Shown piece by piece: positions 49,374-59,419 of a DNA stretch of 64,000 nt. This stretch comes from Candidatus Nomurabacteria bacterium. GTDB lineage: Bacteria; Patescibacteriota; Minisyncoccia; Phycocordibacterales; UBA9973. Each line of letters opens with the position of its first letter. Position 1 is the stretch's first letter. The DNA lies in NCBI GenBank assembly GCA_023267195.1, contig JAHFNT010000002.1, positions 87,830 through 151,829 on the forward strand, in the 5' to 3' direction. Under the pieces are notes generated by a model. That model did not search any database, was not told where the DNA came from, and saw only the letters and a list, made by a program, of their open reading frames with translations. The position numbers and the translations under genes are program-made.

Positions 49374-50459
49374 ATGTACAAAAAAGACGAGACAGTAGTA
49401 GAAGAAAATACAGTTTTAAGTTCTATTGTTGACAGAAGCGCGAGCAAGCCCAAAGTTGATTCTTTAGTGGAGGGTCCAGTAATTTTGGTGCAGAAATCAT
49501 CGGTGTATGTAGACTTGGCGCCTTTCGGCACTGGTATTATTTACGGCCGGGAATTTATTAACGCCAAAGATGTAATTAATAAAATCAGTCTTGGCGACAT
49601 CATTAAGGCAAAAGTTGTTGAAGTAGAAAACGAAGACGGTTATACGGAACTTTCTTTGAAAGAGGCAAAACAAGCCCTAGCTTGGAGTGAAGCAGAAAAA
49701 GCGATAAAAGCTAAAACTGTCCTTAATTTAGAAGTGAAAGATGCAAACAAAGGAGGCTTGATCTTGGAGTGGCAAGGCATTACAGGCTTTTTGCCAGCTT
49801 CTCAACTCAAAGCAGATCATTATCCTCGCGTGCTAGATTCAGATAAAGATAAAATATTGAAAGAACTGAAGAAGTTAGTTGGAGAAAAAATCTCCGTGAT
49901 GATTATTTCCACCCTGCCAAAAGAAGGCAAATTAATCTTTTCCGAAAAAGACAATAATCCGGAGGAAAAGAAAGAAATCTTAAGCAAATACACTGTTGGC
50001 GATAGTCTCGACTGCACTGTTGCCGGCATTGTGGACTTCGGAGTTTTTCTTAAACTCGAAGATGGACTTGAGGGTCTGGTACATATCTCTGAACTAGATT
50101 GGGGGCTGGTGGAGGATCCACGCAACATGTTTAAGGTTGGAGATAAAGTAAAAGCTAAAGTGATTGAAATTAAAGACGGCAAGATTTCCCTCTCCATCAA
50201 AGCACTGAAGGAAAATCCTTGGAAAGAGTTTGAAGGCAAGCTCAAAAAGGGCGATATCATCAAAGGGGTCGTCATTAAATACAACAAACATGGTGCACTG
50301 GTATCTATCAAAGAAGGCGTAGCCGGACTTGTCCACAATTCCACCTTCCCCTCAGAAGCAGCCCTCCGCGCAAAATTAGAACTTGGCAAAAATTATAATT
50401 TCCAAATCACACTTTTTGAACCAAAAGATCAGAAGATGACCTTGGTTTACCTTGAGTAA
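49374..50459 (+). CDS. rpsA: 30S ribosomal protein S1, short four-S1-domain form
   Basis: Four S1 motifs, e.g. GDIIKAKVVEVENEDGYTELSLKEA, GDSLDCTVAGIVDFGVFLKL..GLEGLVHISEL, VGDKVKAKVIEIKDGKISLS, GDIIKGVVIKYNKHGALVSI. Confidence 0.85.
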   Translation: MYKKDETVVEENTVLSSIVDRSASKPKVDSLVEGPVILVQKSSVYVDLAPFGTGIIYGREFINAKDVINKISLGDIIKAKVVEVENEDGYTELSLKEAKQALAWSEAEKAIKAKTVLNLEVKDANKGGLILEWQGITGFLPASQLKADHYPRVLDSDKDKILKELKKLVGEKISVMIISTLPKEGKLIFSEKDNNPEEKKEILSKYTVGDSLDCTVAGIVDFGVFLKLEDGLEGLVHISELDWGLVEDPRNMFKVGDKVKAKVIEIKDGKISLSIKALKENPWKEFEGKLKKGDIIKGVVIKYNKHGALVSIKEGVAGLVHNSTFPSEAALRAKLELGKNYNFQITLFEPKDQKMTLVYLE

Positions 50460-50503
50460 GTCGAAAGGTTTATTTGGAAGATAATAAATAACTTGAGCAA
50501 ACA

Positions 50504-50530
50504 AAAAACCCTGAGCGGGGTTTTTTGTTT
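50504..50530. terminator. bidirectional rho-independent terminator between rpsA (+) and 50529-51197 (-)
   Basis: aaaaaaccc-tgagc-ggggttttttgttt. Confidence 0.65.
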
Positions 50531-51197
50531 AAGCGTCAGCAGTGTCGGTCATAATTTCTGCTTCTCCAATCGTATTCATTATAGACATCACTTGCTCGGC
50601 ATATTTGGGAACTATCGACGGAGGATTGTAAGCGCGGAGAATTTGGATAGTAGTTTTATCGTCATAATGCTTTGCTGTCTTTGGATTATTTCCTCCCAAG
50701 TTTCTAGCAACGGTTTCTATCGCTTCATCATCTGATTTAAAACCAATTTTACACGAACCCCAACCGAAAGCATTGTGTTTTACTTTAATACAATCATTTT
50801 TACCACCAGTAGATTCCCGCACGGCAATAGCAGGAAGCAGACGCCAGTCTAGGTCATTCTTTTCGGCTTCTTCCACCATTTTCATACCAGTACCAGCAAG
50901 CGGCATGTCACGCTCCTTAAAATAATTATCAATAGAAATTGCTTTTTCTGTTCTAGCTTTTTGCAACAAAACCTCTGGGTCAATAGCTTGGTTAAGAACT
51001 AAAGTTCCATTAGTTGTAATATTAAGTTTTTGAATTAACACGTTTCCGGCAATCTGTGAACTATGAACGTTCCCAAAAGAGAGCGACATAGACATAACGG
51101 GCAAAAAAACCAAGGATTGCATAAAACGTATTAAATTTTTATTTTTCATATTGGGGCGGTTTTGCTCCACCAACTCCAGATCTGTCATTTCAGCCAA
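50529..51197 (-). CDS. secreted hypothetical protein, possibly lysozyme/SLT-like (ES motif)
   Basis: Signal peptide. LPAIAVRESTGGKND...NAFGWG loosely resembles the SLT catalytic E-S region. Support is weak. Confidence 0.35.
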   Translation of the reverse strand: MAEMTDLELVEQNRPNMKNKNLIRFMQSLVFLPVMSMSLSFGNVHSSQIAGNVLIQKLNITTNGTLVLNQAIDPEVLLQKARTEKAISIDNYFKERDMPLAGTGMKMVEEAEKNDLDWRLLPAIAVRESTGGKNDCIKVKHNAFGWGSCKIGFKSDDEAIETVARNLGGNNPKTAKHYDDKTTIQILRAYNPPSIVPKYAEQVMSIMNTIGEAEIMTDTADA

Positions 51198-51388
51198 CTT
51201 TGTGACTAAAAATTAAAAAATCCTTATTTCATAGACCTTACGCCTATAATACAAGGACATGCCAACATGATAGCATATTCATAAACAAAAGTCAATAGTT
51301 ATACAATAATATTACCATCTGTCAAATCTAAAATATTCTTATATTACAAGGTATTTTAGAAATTTAGGTTTGACAAATAAGTCTAAAA

Positions 51389-52663
51389 CTAGGCTAATTT
51401 GAACATCTTGTCTGCTACTTTGTAGGCCTCCCCCGCTCCCATAGTTACAAAGACGTCATTTGAGCTCAAGTTTAGAGCTTTTACGAAGGTTTCCGTTGAT
51501 TCGAAGTCGGGAAAAGCCTGCGCTTTATCCCCTGCCTCCTCTATAGCTACTGCCAATTTCTCACTAGAAATGCTCGGATCCTTGTCTTCTCGCGCAAAGT
51601 AAATCGGCAACAGGAGTGTTTGGTCTGCCCCATGGAAAGCCTTGGCAAAGTCATCGAACAATGCTTTCGTCCGGCTATAGAGATGCGGTTGGAATAGAAC
51701 AGTAATATTTTTGGCACCCTTAGGATACAATTCGCGCAAACCCTGTAAGCTGGCCCGAATTTCCGTCGGATGATGCGCGTAATCGTCGTAAATAATTGCC
51801 CCTTCTTTGGTCACGCCTTTTTTCTCCAACCGACGCCAGGTGCCCGAAAATCCCTGCAAGGATTTTCGGGCTGTTTCTTCTCTTATCCCGAGTGCATCTG
51901 CCACCGCGAGCGCTGCCGCAGCATTTTTAATATTGTGAATTCCGGGCACAGAAAGTTTTGGTACTTTGTCTAAAAATTTATCATAGTTAGTAATTATATT
52001 CTCGCTTTGCGACAGAAAAGCATCGAAGGCATTCTGTACATCATCTAAATTTTTATAGTAGTCTAAATGGTCAGCCTCAATATTCGTAACCACCCCCACA
52101 TAAGGATGAAAGTTTAAAAAATGTCTGTTGTATTCATCCGCTTCCACGACTAAATACTCGCTATTCCCCTTTCTAAAGTTACTATTAAATTTCTGCACAA
52201 AAGAACCGACTATTACTGTAGGATCTAATCCGGCCTCAATTAAAATTTCGGCTACCATTGCGGTCGTCGTCGTCTTACCATGTGTTCCTGCTATCGCAAT
52301 GACTTTATATTCTTTAGCAAACTGCCCAAGCGCTTCAAAACAAGAGAGCACTGGTTTACCACGAGTTTTTGCATCTCTAATAATTTCTGGCCCACGATAG
52401 AGCCAGGCATCACTGTACACATATAGGTCTGCGTCCGGTAATTCTTTTAATTCATTTTGATAATAAATGATCGCCCCTGCCTCCCGAAGTGGTTCTAAAG
52501 TCTTCGAACTCTCTTCGTCATTTATTCCAAGCACTTCCATACCCCTCGAAAGCGCCATCTTCGCCAAAGCCGAAATACCGATCCCGCCAATGCCGATAAA
52601 AAATACTTTTCTTGCGCTGAGTATTTCCAAAGTGTTAATTTTAGATAATTCTATATCTTTCAT
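51389..52663 (-). CDS. murC: UDP-N-acetylmuramate--L-alanine ligase
   Basis: VFFIGIGGIGISALA (N-terminal Rossmann), and GTHGKTTTTAM (Mur ligase P-loop). Confidence 0.93.
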   Translation of the reverse strand: MKDIELSKINTLEILSARKVFFIGIGGIGISALAKMALSRGMEVLGINDEESSKTLEPLREAGAIIYYQNELKELPDADLYVYSDAWLYRGPEIIRDAKTRGKPVLSCFEALGQFAKEYKVIAIAGTHGKTTTTAMVAEILIEAGLDPTVIVGSFVQKFNSNFRKGNSEYLVVEADEYNRHFLNFHPYVGVVTNIEADHLDYYKNLDDVQNAFDAFLSQSENIITNYDKFLDKVPKLSVPGIHNIKNAAAALAVADALGIREETARKSLQGFSGTWRRLEKKGVTKEGAIIYDDYAHHPTEIRASLQGLRELYPKGAKNITVLFQPHLYSRTKALFDDFAKAFHGADQTLLLPIYFAREDKDPSISSEKLAVAIEEAGDKAQAFPDFESTETFVKALNLSSNDVFVTMGAGEAYKVADKMFKLA

Positions 52664-53994
52664 TTTAATTTATTCACGATCTCCATAAACTGATCTCCAC
52701 GATCGTATTCGTTCTTGAACATATTGAATGATGCAAAGGCTGGGCTGAAAAGGATAATATCGCCGCTTTTCGCTTGCTTGAATGCTTCCATGACTGCTTC
52801 TTTCAAAGAAGTTACCTTTTGCACCTGAAGTTTTTTGTTTGTAATTTTTTCACTACCAGAGCCTGGGGTTAAAAATACTTTTTTTGTTTTCTTTAGTAAA
52901 AGAATATTTAATTTTTTCAACTCGAGCCCTTTATCCATACCCCCCAGAATTAAAAAAACTTTTTTGTCAAAAGAATTGAGCGCAGCAATGGTTGCTTCCG
53001 GTGTTGTTGAATTTGTATCATTATAAATATCCACCCCTCGAATAGTCTTCACTAATTCCAGCCTGCCGGGGATAGCCTTGAAATTCTCTACCACTTTTTT
53101 GATAACTACTTCTTTAGTTTTTAAATTTCTGGCGACTTCAACAGCGCAAGCAATATTTTCTAAATTATGTTCACCTTTCAAATTTATTTTCCAGTCTTTT
53201 GGAATATTTTTTACATTTGCATTTATTACTTTGCCTTTTGGATTTTTTACTAAGTTTTTCATGCTCGGACCAAGTACCAGCACATCATCTTTTTTCTGAA
53301 ATTTATAAATGTAAGATTTATCTTGAAAATATTTTTGCAAAGCTTTACTTGTGGTGAGCTTAGTCGAACCATAATAATTCATATGGTCCGGCATGAAATT
53401 TGTAAATACAGCAATCTGCGGAGAAATCTTCGCCTCACCGAAACCTTGGAGCTGCCATGAGGAAAGTTCGAAAACCACCACGTCCCAATCCTTCACTTCC
53501 CTTAAAAGCGGCAACGCTGCAGTGCCTTTGACATTCCCGCCCAGATGCACTCGCATGCCAGAGGCTTTTAAAATTTCGTAAATCAATATTGTAGTGGTAC
53601 TTTTCCCGCGAGTACCTGTCACGCCAATAATTTTTACCTTCGGTGCCAGTTTCGCAAATAAAGATTCATCCATTTCTATCGGAATGCCTTTACTGTCCGC
53701 GTACTTGATATATGGCGAATCCAGCGCCACCCCCTGCCCTTTCAAAACAAAATCGCAACTATCAAAATCTTCGAATCGATGCTCCCCCAGCACATAGGTA
53801 ATATTCTTGTACGTTCGGAGCTTTTCAAGCGACGGTCTGAGCTCCGTCGAAGACTTTAAATCCGTCACCAAAACTTTGGCTCCACATTCCGCCAAAAATG
53901 CAATATCCCCAAGCCTTTTGCCCAAGAGCCCAAGTCCGACGACAGTAACTTTTTTACCTTTGAAAAATGTCTTGAAATCCTGCATATTGTTCAT
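52660..53994 (-). CDS. murD: UDP-N-acetylmuramoylalanine--D-glutamate ligase
   Basis: VTVVGLGLLGKRLG, GVTGTRGKSTTT. Overlaps the murC start by 4 nt. Confidence 0.92.
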   Translation of the reverse strand: MNNMQDFKTFFKGKKVTVVGLGLLGKRLGDIAFLAECGAKVLVTDLKSSTELRPSLEKLRTYKNITYVLGEHRFEDFDSCDFVLKGQGVALDSPYIKYADSKGIPIEMDESLFAKLAPKVKIIGVTGTRGKSTTTILIYEILKASGMRVHLGGNVKGTAALPLLREVKDWDVVVFELSSWQLQGFGEAKISPQIAVFTNFMPDHMNYYGSTKLTTSKALQKYFQDKSYIYKFQKKDDVLVLGPSMKNLVKNPKGKVINANVKNIPKDWKINLKGEHNLENIACAVEVARNLKTKEVVIKKVVENFKAIPGRLELVKTIRGVDIYNDTNSTTPEATIAALNSFDKKVFLILGGMDKGLELKKLNILLLKKTKKVFLTPGSGSEKITNKKLQVQKVTSLKEAVMEAFKQAKSGDIILFSPAFASFNMFKNEYDRGDQFMEIVNKLK

Positions 53995-54012
53995 ACTATC
54001 ATAAAAAGAGTT

Positions 54013-55299
54013 TCAGGAAAGCGCAGCCTTGAGCTTCTCCATATCGCTCCAAGGATACTTTACGCCTTTAATTTCTTGATAAGTTTCGGGACCTTTGCCC
54101 ATGAGTAAAACTATATCTCCCGCGCGAGCTATCTTCCCCACTTCTTCTATCGCCCTGTTTCGATCGGGAAATTTTTTTATTTTTTGTAATAATTCCGGAG
54201 AAAGTTCTGAACACATTGCTTCGATAATTTTTTCTGGTTCTTCACTACGTGGATTGTCTGCAGTAAAAATTGCCAGATCAGAAAGTGAAGCTCCGAGTTT
54301 TCCCATCACTGGCCTCTTGAAGGGATCTTTATCTCCCCCGCAACCAAATACAGAGATAACTCTGCCCCCTTCTTTCACAATATCTTTCGCTGTGTTGATT
54401 ATTTTTTCTACTGCATCTGGACTGTGTGCAAAATCCAACACGCCGAGCACGCCGTTCGCACCATAAAAATATTCAAATCTGCCAGCGGGTGGAGAAACTT
54501 TCGCTAAAGCGTTTGTTGTTTTTTCTTTATTAAAACCTAAGAGTAAACAAGCAGAGTAAACTGCAAGCACATTGTAAGCATTGAATTTTCCAATCAGTGG
54601 AGCAGATATTCCATGGTCATTTATTTTTAATTTTAATCCAGAAAAATCCATATTTACAATTTCTCCATGAAAATCCTCCCCGCCTGCATCAGCTATGCCT
54701 GAAGCATTGCGGGCAGGCTGACCTTTAAATCCATAGGTTTCTTTTTTTGCGTTTATGCCATCAAGCATTCTCGCTCCATATGGATCATCCGCATTTGATA
54801 AAGCAAAAGCGTCTTTGGGTAAAAATTTAAAAAAGGCTTTTTTCGCCAAGAAATACTGCTCCATGGTTTTGTGGTAATCCAAATGATCGTGCGTCAGATT
54901 GGTAAAAATTCCGCCAGTAAATTTTATGCCCCTTACCCTATTTTGATCCATTGCATGTGAACTCACTTCCATAAAAACATATTCGCAATCTTTTTTTACC
55001 ATTTCGTTAAAAATTTTGATTAAAGTCGTTGAGTCGGGGGTAGTGCCAGGCTTGCTGGAATTACTTTTTATTTCTATCTTCTCTCTGTTCGCTCTGTTCT
55101 CAACAGTTCCAATTAGCCCAGCCTTATATCCAAGTTCCAGAGCAATTTTATACAAAAGTGTAGCTGTCGTCGTCTTGCCATTTGTTCCTGTGACTCCAAT
55201 AATTTTTAATTTTCGAGCCGGATTGCCATAATAAATCTGCGCTAAAAATAACTTGAAACTCCACCAAATTGTTTTAAGTTTTTTACTAAAGTTTTTCAT
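54013..55299 (-). CDS. murE: Mur ligase, best fit UDP-N-acetylmuramoyl-L-alanyl-D-glutamate--2,6-diaminopimelate (or L-Lys) ligase MurE, N-terminally shortened
   Basis: IGVTGTNGKTTTA, TTPDS, EVSSHAMDQNRV, TNLTHDHLDYH. Confidence 0.75.
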   Translation of the reverse strand: MKNFSKKLKTIWWSFKLFLAQIYYGNPARKLKIIGVTGTNGKTTTATLLYKIALELGYKAGLIGTVENRANREKIEIKSNSSKPGTTPDSTTLIKIFNEMVKKDCEYVFMEVSSHAMDQNRVRGIKFTGGIFTNLTHDHLDYHKTMEQYFLAKKAFFKFLPKDAFALSNADDPYGARMLDGINAKKETYGFKGQPARNASGIADAGGEDFHGEIVNMDFSGLKLKINDHGISAPLIGKFNAYNVLAVYSACLLLGFNKEKTTNALAKVSPPAGRFEYFYGANGVLGVLDFAHSPDAVEKIINTAKDIVKEGGRVISVFGCGGDKDPFKRPVMGKLGASLSDLAIFTADNPRSEEPEKIIEAMCSELSPELLQKIKKFPDRNRAIEEVGKIARAGDIVLLMGKGPETYQEIKGVKYPWSDMEKLKAALS

Positions 55300-55538
55300 T
55301 TTAATTTAGGCTGGGTTAAGATCTCTTGGTCTATCTTCTTGAATCTCTCAATTTCTTTTCCATCTAGGACAATATTTTCCAAAAACATTTGTTTCGGTCT
55401 AGCCCAAATCACGCCGTCTTCTAGGTGCATATAAATAACCAAATGCTCTTTATTTTCGCTATGAATCGCTTCAAAAAGCACCTTTACTCTGGTTCCTTTG
55501 TAGTGTCTATAAACTGCCCCAATTTCTAAGCTTTTCAT
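55296..55538 (-). CDS. DUF1653 domain protein
   Basis: YRHYKGTRVKVLFEAIHSENKEHLVIYMHLEDGVIWARP. Confidence 0.55.
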   Translation of the reverse strand: MKSLEIGAVYRHYKGTRVKVLFEAIHSENKEHLVIYMHLEDGVIWARPKQMFLENIVLDGKEIERFKKIDQEILTQPKLK

Positions 55539-55541
55539 TTC

Positions 55542-56177
55542 TTATTTCTTTTTGACCCCTCCCCATTTTCGATACTTTTCTTTTCGGCCAATGAACCATG
55601 GATCGTTTATATCAAGCCACCATGAATCAGGGTGGGTTTTGGCTAAAATTTTTCCGAGTTCTTTGCCATGCTTGGTCCGAAGATCTTTTATGGCAATATT
55701 TATCCAATCTTTCGCTTTTATATTTCCCTTCACTTCTTCCGCCCGCAGGGTTGAAATCCATTCGAGCCTATCAGCATCTTTCACTATCCTAGCTTCAGGA
55801 GTAAGCCGAGCCTGTTCTTCTTGAAATAGATCAGTGATTTCTTTACCAAAAGGAACACTCTTGGAAATATCTTCCACCGCTTGCCCTTCCGCCAGCCTAC
55901 CATAACGTTGATGCACATAATTGTGATCAGAAGTGCGGCCTTCCCCAATGTCATGCAGGAGCGCCATGAGCACCACTTTGTTTTTATCAACTTTTGGTTC
56001 AAGGTGACACAAAGCATAAGCAATCATTGCAGTATGAAATAGATGCTCTGCGACAGACTGCTCGCCACTGCCTAAAAACCAAAACCCAGACCGTGGTGTC
56101 ATACTATGAATACCCGTTTCATACACAAAATTCGCAATTTGATCGTATGTGTTATTCTTCTTATTTTTCTTTACCAT
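55542..56177 (-). CDS. HD-domain phosphohydrolase (YfbR/5'-deoxynucleotidase-like)
   Basis: H...HTAMIAYAL...LLHDIGEGRTSDH. The HD motif is intact. Confidence 0.7.
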   Translation of the reverse strand: MVKKNKKNNTYDQIANFVYETGIHSMTPRSGFWFLGSGEQSVAEHLFHTAMIAYALCHLEPKVDKNKVVLMALLHDIGEGRTSDHNYVHQRYGRLAEGQAVEDISKSVPFGKEITDLFQEEQARLTPEARIVKDADRLEWISTLRAEEVKGNIKAKDWINIAIKDLRTKHGKELGKILAKTHPDSWWLDINDPWFIGRKEKYRKWGGVKKK

Positions 56178-56222
56178 ATTTTTAAATAAATTTCTTTTAA
56201 TTAGAATTATCTAGATTTTATT

Positions 56223-56744
56223 TTATGATTTTTTGGGCCAAATAGCAACGAAGTAAGCGCTAGGCTCTAAAACATTATTAAACCAGATAAATAACAATTC
56301 TTCTTTAGAAATTTTATGTCTTTGGCCATCTTTTGGATCATTGTAAAAGAAAATACCATTTTTATATCCGGTAATAACAATAAAGTGACCATTTGGAGAT
56401 GGCTTTTTATTAAAAAGCAGAAAAGATCTGACTAATAAAATTACCGGCACCCCTTTTGATAAATATTCTTCTATACGTTTTACATTTGGCCTTTCTATCT
56501 CTGCTTTTCCGCCTGCCGCTTTCTCATTAAAAGAAAAGCATTTGCTTTGGTAGCCTGCGTATTTTGCATAATCAGCTAGTGCAATAGTTCTGACTCCATA
56601 TTTTCTGAGACCGCCAATAAACTTTATAATTTCTTTTTCATTGATCTCTTTTCCGAAATACTTAAAAATCATACGAAGTGCCGTAGGTCCGCAAGTGTCC
56701 TTCTTTTGCTTCAGCAATGGAACATTGAGAATTTTATTTTTCAT
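56223..56744 (-). CDS. peptidase C39-like (papain-fold) domain protein
   Basis: LLKQKKDTCGPTALRMIFKYFG with catalytic Cys context, later GHFIVITGY..NDP (His region). Confidence 0.5.
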   Translation of the reverse strand: MKNKILNVPLLKQKKDTCGPTALRMIFKYFGKEINEKEIIKFIGGLRKYGVRTIALADYAKYAGYQSKCFSFNEKAAGGKAEIERPNVKRIEEYLSKGVPVILLVRSFLLFNKKPSPNGHFIVITGYKNGIFFYNDPKDGQRHKISKEELLFIWFNNVLEPSAYFVAIWPKKS

Positions 56745-56762
56745 CTAATTCTCTTGCGATTT

Positions 56763-59324
56763 TTAATTCACCAAAGACTTCCTGTGTTGTGGTGCATTGA
56801 TCAAACCACATTTTTTGTATTTATAGATTTCACCTGTGGCTGGATTAATGGCTCCACAAGGGCACGGATCATTGCGCCCGATATTCTCCGACCCTATGTC
56901 AGAATCCGACTTTGGTCGGACTTTTTTTCCTCCAAGCTCTGATGGTTCAGTGTGACTTGTCACTAAAGTTTGCTTGGGCACATCATTTGGTTCCTCTTTT
57001 ACACTTTGAACAATGTCGGTATTTATCGTACCAACAAGTGAAAAAACTTGTTCTTTAAAAGTTTCTTCCATTTCTTTAAACATACTCAGTCCGTCTTTTT
57101 TATATTCTACTATGGGTTCACGCTGTCCATAAGCACGCAGATTTACCGATGAACGTAAATAGTCCATCGCTTCAAGATGCTCCATCCACAATGTGTCGGT
57201 AGTGTATAAAGCAATCCTGCGAACAGTCTCAAAAAACATTTCGTCCCCTAATTTTTTTCTTTTTTCTTCAATTGTTTTGTCAAAACCTTCTTTATTTTCC
57301 GCTATGCCGACAAGTAAAGCCTCAATTTCAGCTTTATCTGCGCGCAACATTTTCTGTCGTCTTTCATAAATTATTTTACGTTGATGATTCATTACATCAT
57401 CATATTCAAGCGTATTTTTTCTAGCGTCAAAATGAAATCCTTCTATTTTCGCCTGCGCGCCCTCGAGCGTTCGACTGATAAAACGATTCTCAATCGGCTG
57501 GTCTTCTGGTATGCCAAATCGCCCCATCATAGTTTTAATTTTTTCAGATCCAAAGACCCGCATTAAATCATCTTCTAGTGAGACATAGAACTGCGAAGCT
57601 CCCGGGTCGCCTTGCCTGCCCGAACGACCACGAAGCTGATTGTCAATCCTGCGCGCTTCGTGCCTCTCGGTACCTAGCACGAAAAGTCCGCCTGCATTTC
57701 TTACGAATTGATATTCTTCTTCTGTGTGTGGATTTCCTCCCAATTTAATATCAATACCACGACCAGCCATATTTGTGGCGATGGTTACTGCACCCTTCTT
57801 TCCAGCTTGGGCAATTATTTCTCCCTCTTTCTCGTGATTTTTTGCATTCAAGATAGTGTGCTGCACCCCCTCTTGCTTTAGATAAGCGGAGAGTAGTTCG
57901 TTTTTCTCAATTGAGATTGTGCCGATCAAAACTGGTTGACCTTTTAGATTTAAATCTTTCACTTTTTTGGCGATGGCCTGGAATTTTCCTTTTTCCGTTT
58001 GAAAAATTAAATCAGAGTGGTCTATACGAACAACAGGACGGTTGGTTGGAATAACTATTACATCCAAACCATAAACTTTCAAAAATTCCTCCGCGGAAGT
58101 TGCCGCCGTACCCGTCATACCAGAAAGCTTTTTATAAAATCTAAAATAATTCTGGAAAGTAATAGACCCGGAAGATCGGGTTTCTTTTTCAATTTTTACT
58201 CCTTCTTTTGCCTCAATTGCCTGATGAATACCTTCCGACCAGCGCCTGCCAGGCTGCAGACGGCCAGTAAAGGGATCAACAATAACGACCTCACCTTCTT
58301 TAACTACATAATCTCGATCCCGTTCAAAAATAGCCTGCGCTTTAACAGCAGTTTCTAGATGGTGCACATATTTGATCCCTTTTTCTGTATATATATTTTC
58401 TACTCCGAGAAGTTTTTCAGCTTTACTAATACCGGCATCAGTCAGAGTTATAGCTTTTAATTTTTCATCCACTTCATAATCTGTATCCCGCTTCAACTGC
58501 TTGGCAATTTGATAAAATTTTACATAAAAATCTTCGGAGTCGCCGGACTGCGAAGAAATAATAAGGGGGGTACGTGCCTCGTCTATTAAAATAGAGTCCA
58601 CTTCATCAACAACAGCGAAATTATGCCCTCTTTGCACCAAATCATTTATATTCGTAGCTAAATTATCTCTTAAATAATCAAAACCGTATTCGTGATTCGT
58701 ACCATAAGTAATATCTGCCCCGTAGGCTTCTTTTCGAGAACATGGTTTTAGAAAATCATATACCACCTTAAATTCTCCAACTTGATCGCGCTCTTTATCT
58801 TCTTCCACGTGCTTCGGATCATAGAGGTAAGAAACATTTTGTGAATTAATAACACTCACGCTTAATCCCAAAAAATTATAAACCTGCCCCATGAGTACCG
58901 CGCCGATACGTGAAAGGTAATCGTTCACCGTAATAATATGCACTCCCTCTCCTGTGAGCGCATTTAAATATGCGGGTAAAACTGCTACTAAAGTTTTTCC
59001 TTCCCCGGTGCGCATCTCGGCAATTTTGCCGGAATGGAGAGCCAAACCTCCAATCAATTGAACATCATAATGTCTCTCTTTTAAATTTCTCTTGGCCGCT
59101 TCACGCACGAGCGCAAAAGCCTCCGGCAATATTTCATCCAAAGTTTTAGATTTATTCTCCGACTGCGCTAATCGGTCCTTAAATTCCTGTGTTTTTTTAG
59201 GAAAATCAGTATCTGCCAACTTTGAGCTATTTTCCTCAAAAGCATTGATTTTAGCGACTATTTTATTGGCATTTCCTATGAATTTGGAACTCTCATCTCC
59301 AAATATTTTACTGAATAAAGACAT
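56763..59324 (-). CDS. secA: preprotein translocase ATPase SecA
   Basis: DEAD-like NBDs (VDEVDSILIDEARTPLIIS), PPXD, HWD/HSD, and a C-terminal Zn-binding tail (CPCG...C). Carries the in-frame double-hairpin repeat at 56885-56921. Confidence 0.96.
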   Translation of the reverse strand: MSLFSKIFGDESSKFIGNANKIVAKINAFEENSSKLADTDFPKKTQEFKDRLAQSENKSKTLDEILPEAFALVREAAKRNLKERHYDVQLIGGLALHSGKIAEMRTGEGKTLVAVLPAYLNALTGEGVHIITVNDYLSRIGAVLMGQVYNFLGLSVSVINSQNVSYLYDPKHVEEDKERDQVGEFKVVYDFLKPCSRKEAYGADITYGTNHEYGFDYLRDNLATNINDLVQRGHNFAVVDEVDSILIDEARTPLIISSQSGDSEDFYVKFYQIAKQLKRDTDYEVDEKLKAITLTDAGISKAEKLLGVENIYTEKGIKYVHHLETAVKAQAIFERDRDYVVKEGEVVIVDPFTGRLQPGRRWSEGIHQAIEAKEGVKIEKETRSSGSITFQNYFRFYKKLSGMTGTAATSAEEFLKVYGLDVIVIPTNRPVVRIDHSDLIFQTEKGKFQAIAKKVKDLNLKGQPVLIGTISIEKNELLSAYLKQEGVQHTILNAKNHEKEGEIIAQAGKKGAVTIATNMAGRGIDIKLGGNPHTEEEYQFVRNAGGLFVLGTERHEARRIDNQLRGRSGRQGDPGASQFYVSLEDDLMRVFGSEKIKTMMGRFGIPEDQPIENRFISRTLEGAQAKIEGFHFDARKNTLEYDDVMNHQRKIIYERRQKMLRADKAEIEALLVGIAENKEGFDKTIEEKRKKLGDEMFFETVRRIALYTTDTLWMEHLEAMDYLRSSVNLRAYGQREPIVEYKKDGLSMFKEMEETFKEQVFSLVGTINTDIVQSVKEEPNDVPKQTLVTSHTEPSELGGKKVRPKSDSDIGSENIGRNDPCPCGAINPATGEIYKYKKCGLINAPQHRKSLVN
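56885..56921. repeat. GC-rich double-hairpin repeat, copy 2, in-frame in the SecA C-terminal linker (encodes VRPKSDSDIGSE)
   Basis: tccgaccctatgtcagaatccgactttggtcggact is about 85% identical to 59382-59419. Confidence 0.6.
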
Positions 59325-59346
59325 GAATATATCTTAGCATAAAAAA

Positions 59347-59376
59347 GAAAAAATTCCTCCGTAGAGGAATTTTTTC
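59347..59376. terminator. hairpin terminator immediately upstream of secA, followed by a possible TGcTAAGAT/TATGCT -10 element abutting the secA ATG
   Basis: gaaaaaattcctc-cgta-gaggaattttttc, then on the minus strand cttttttATGCTAAGATata-ATG. Confidence 0.55.
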
Positions 59377-59381
59377 TAGAA

Positions 59382-59419
59382 GATCCCGACCCATGTCGGG
59401 ATCCCGACTTTGGTCGGGA
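59382..59419. repeat. GC-rich double-hairpin repeat, copy 3 (GATCCCGAC-CCAT-GTCGGGATC + CCCGAC-TTTG-GTCGGG), intergenic
   Basis: Perfect 9-bp and 6-bp stems. Lies immediately 3' of a 23-codon Lys-rich micro-ORF (59420-59491, minus). Confidence 0.6.
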
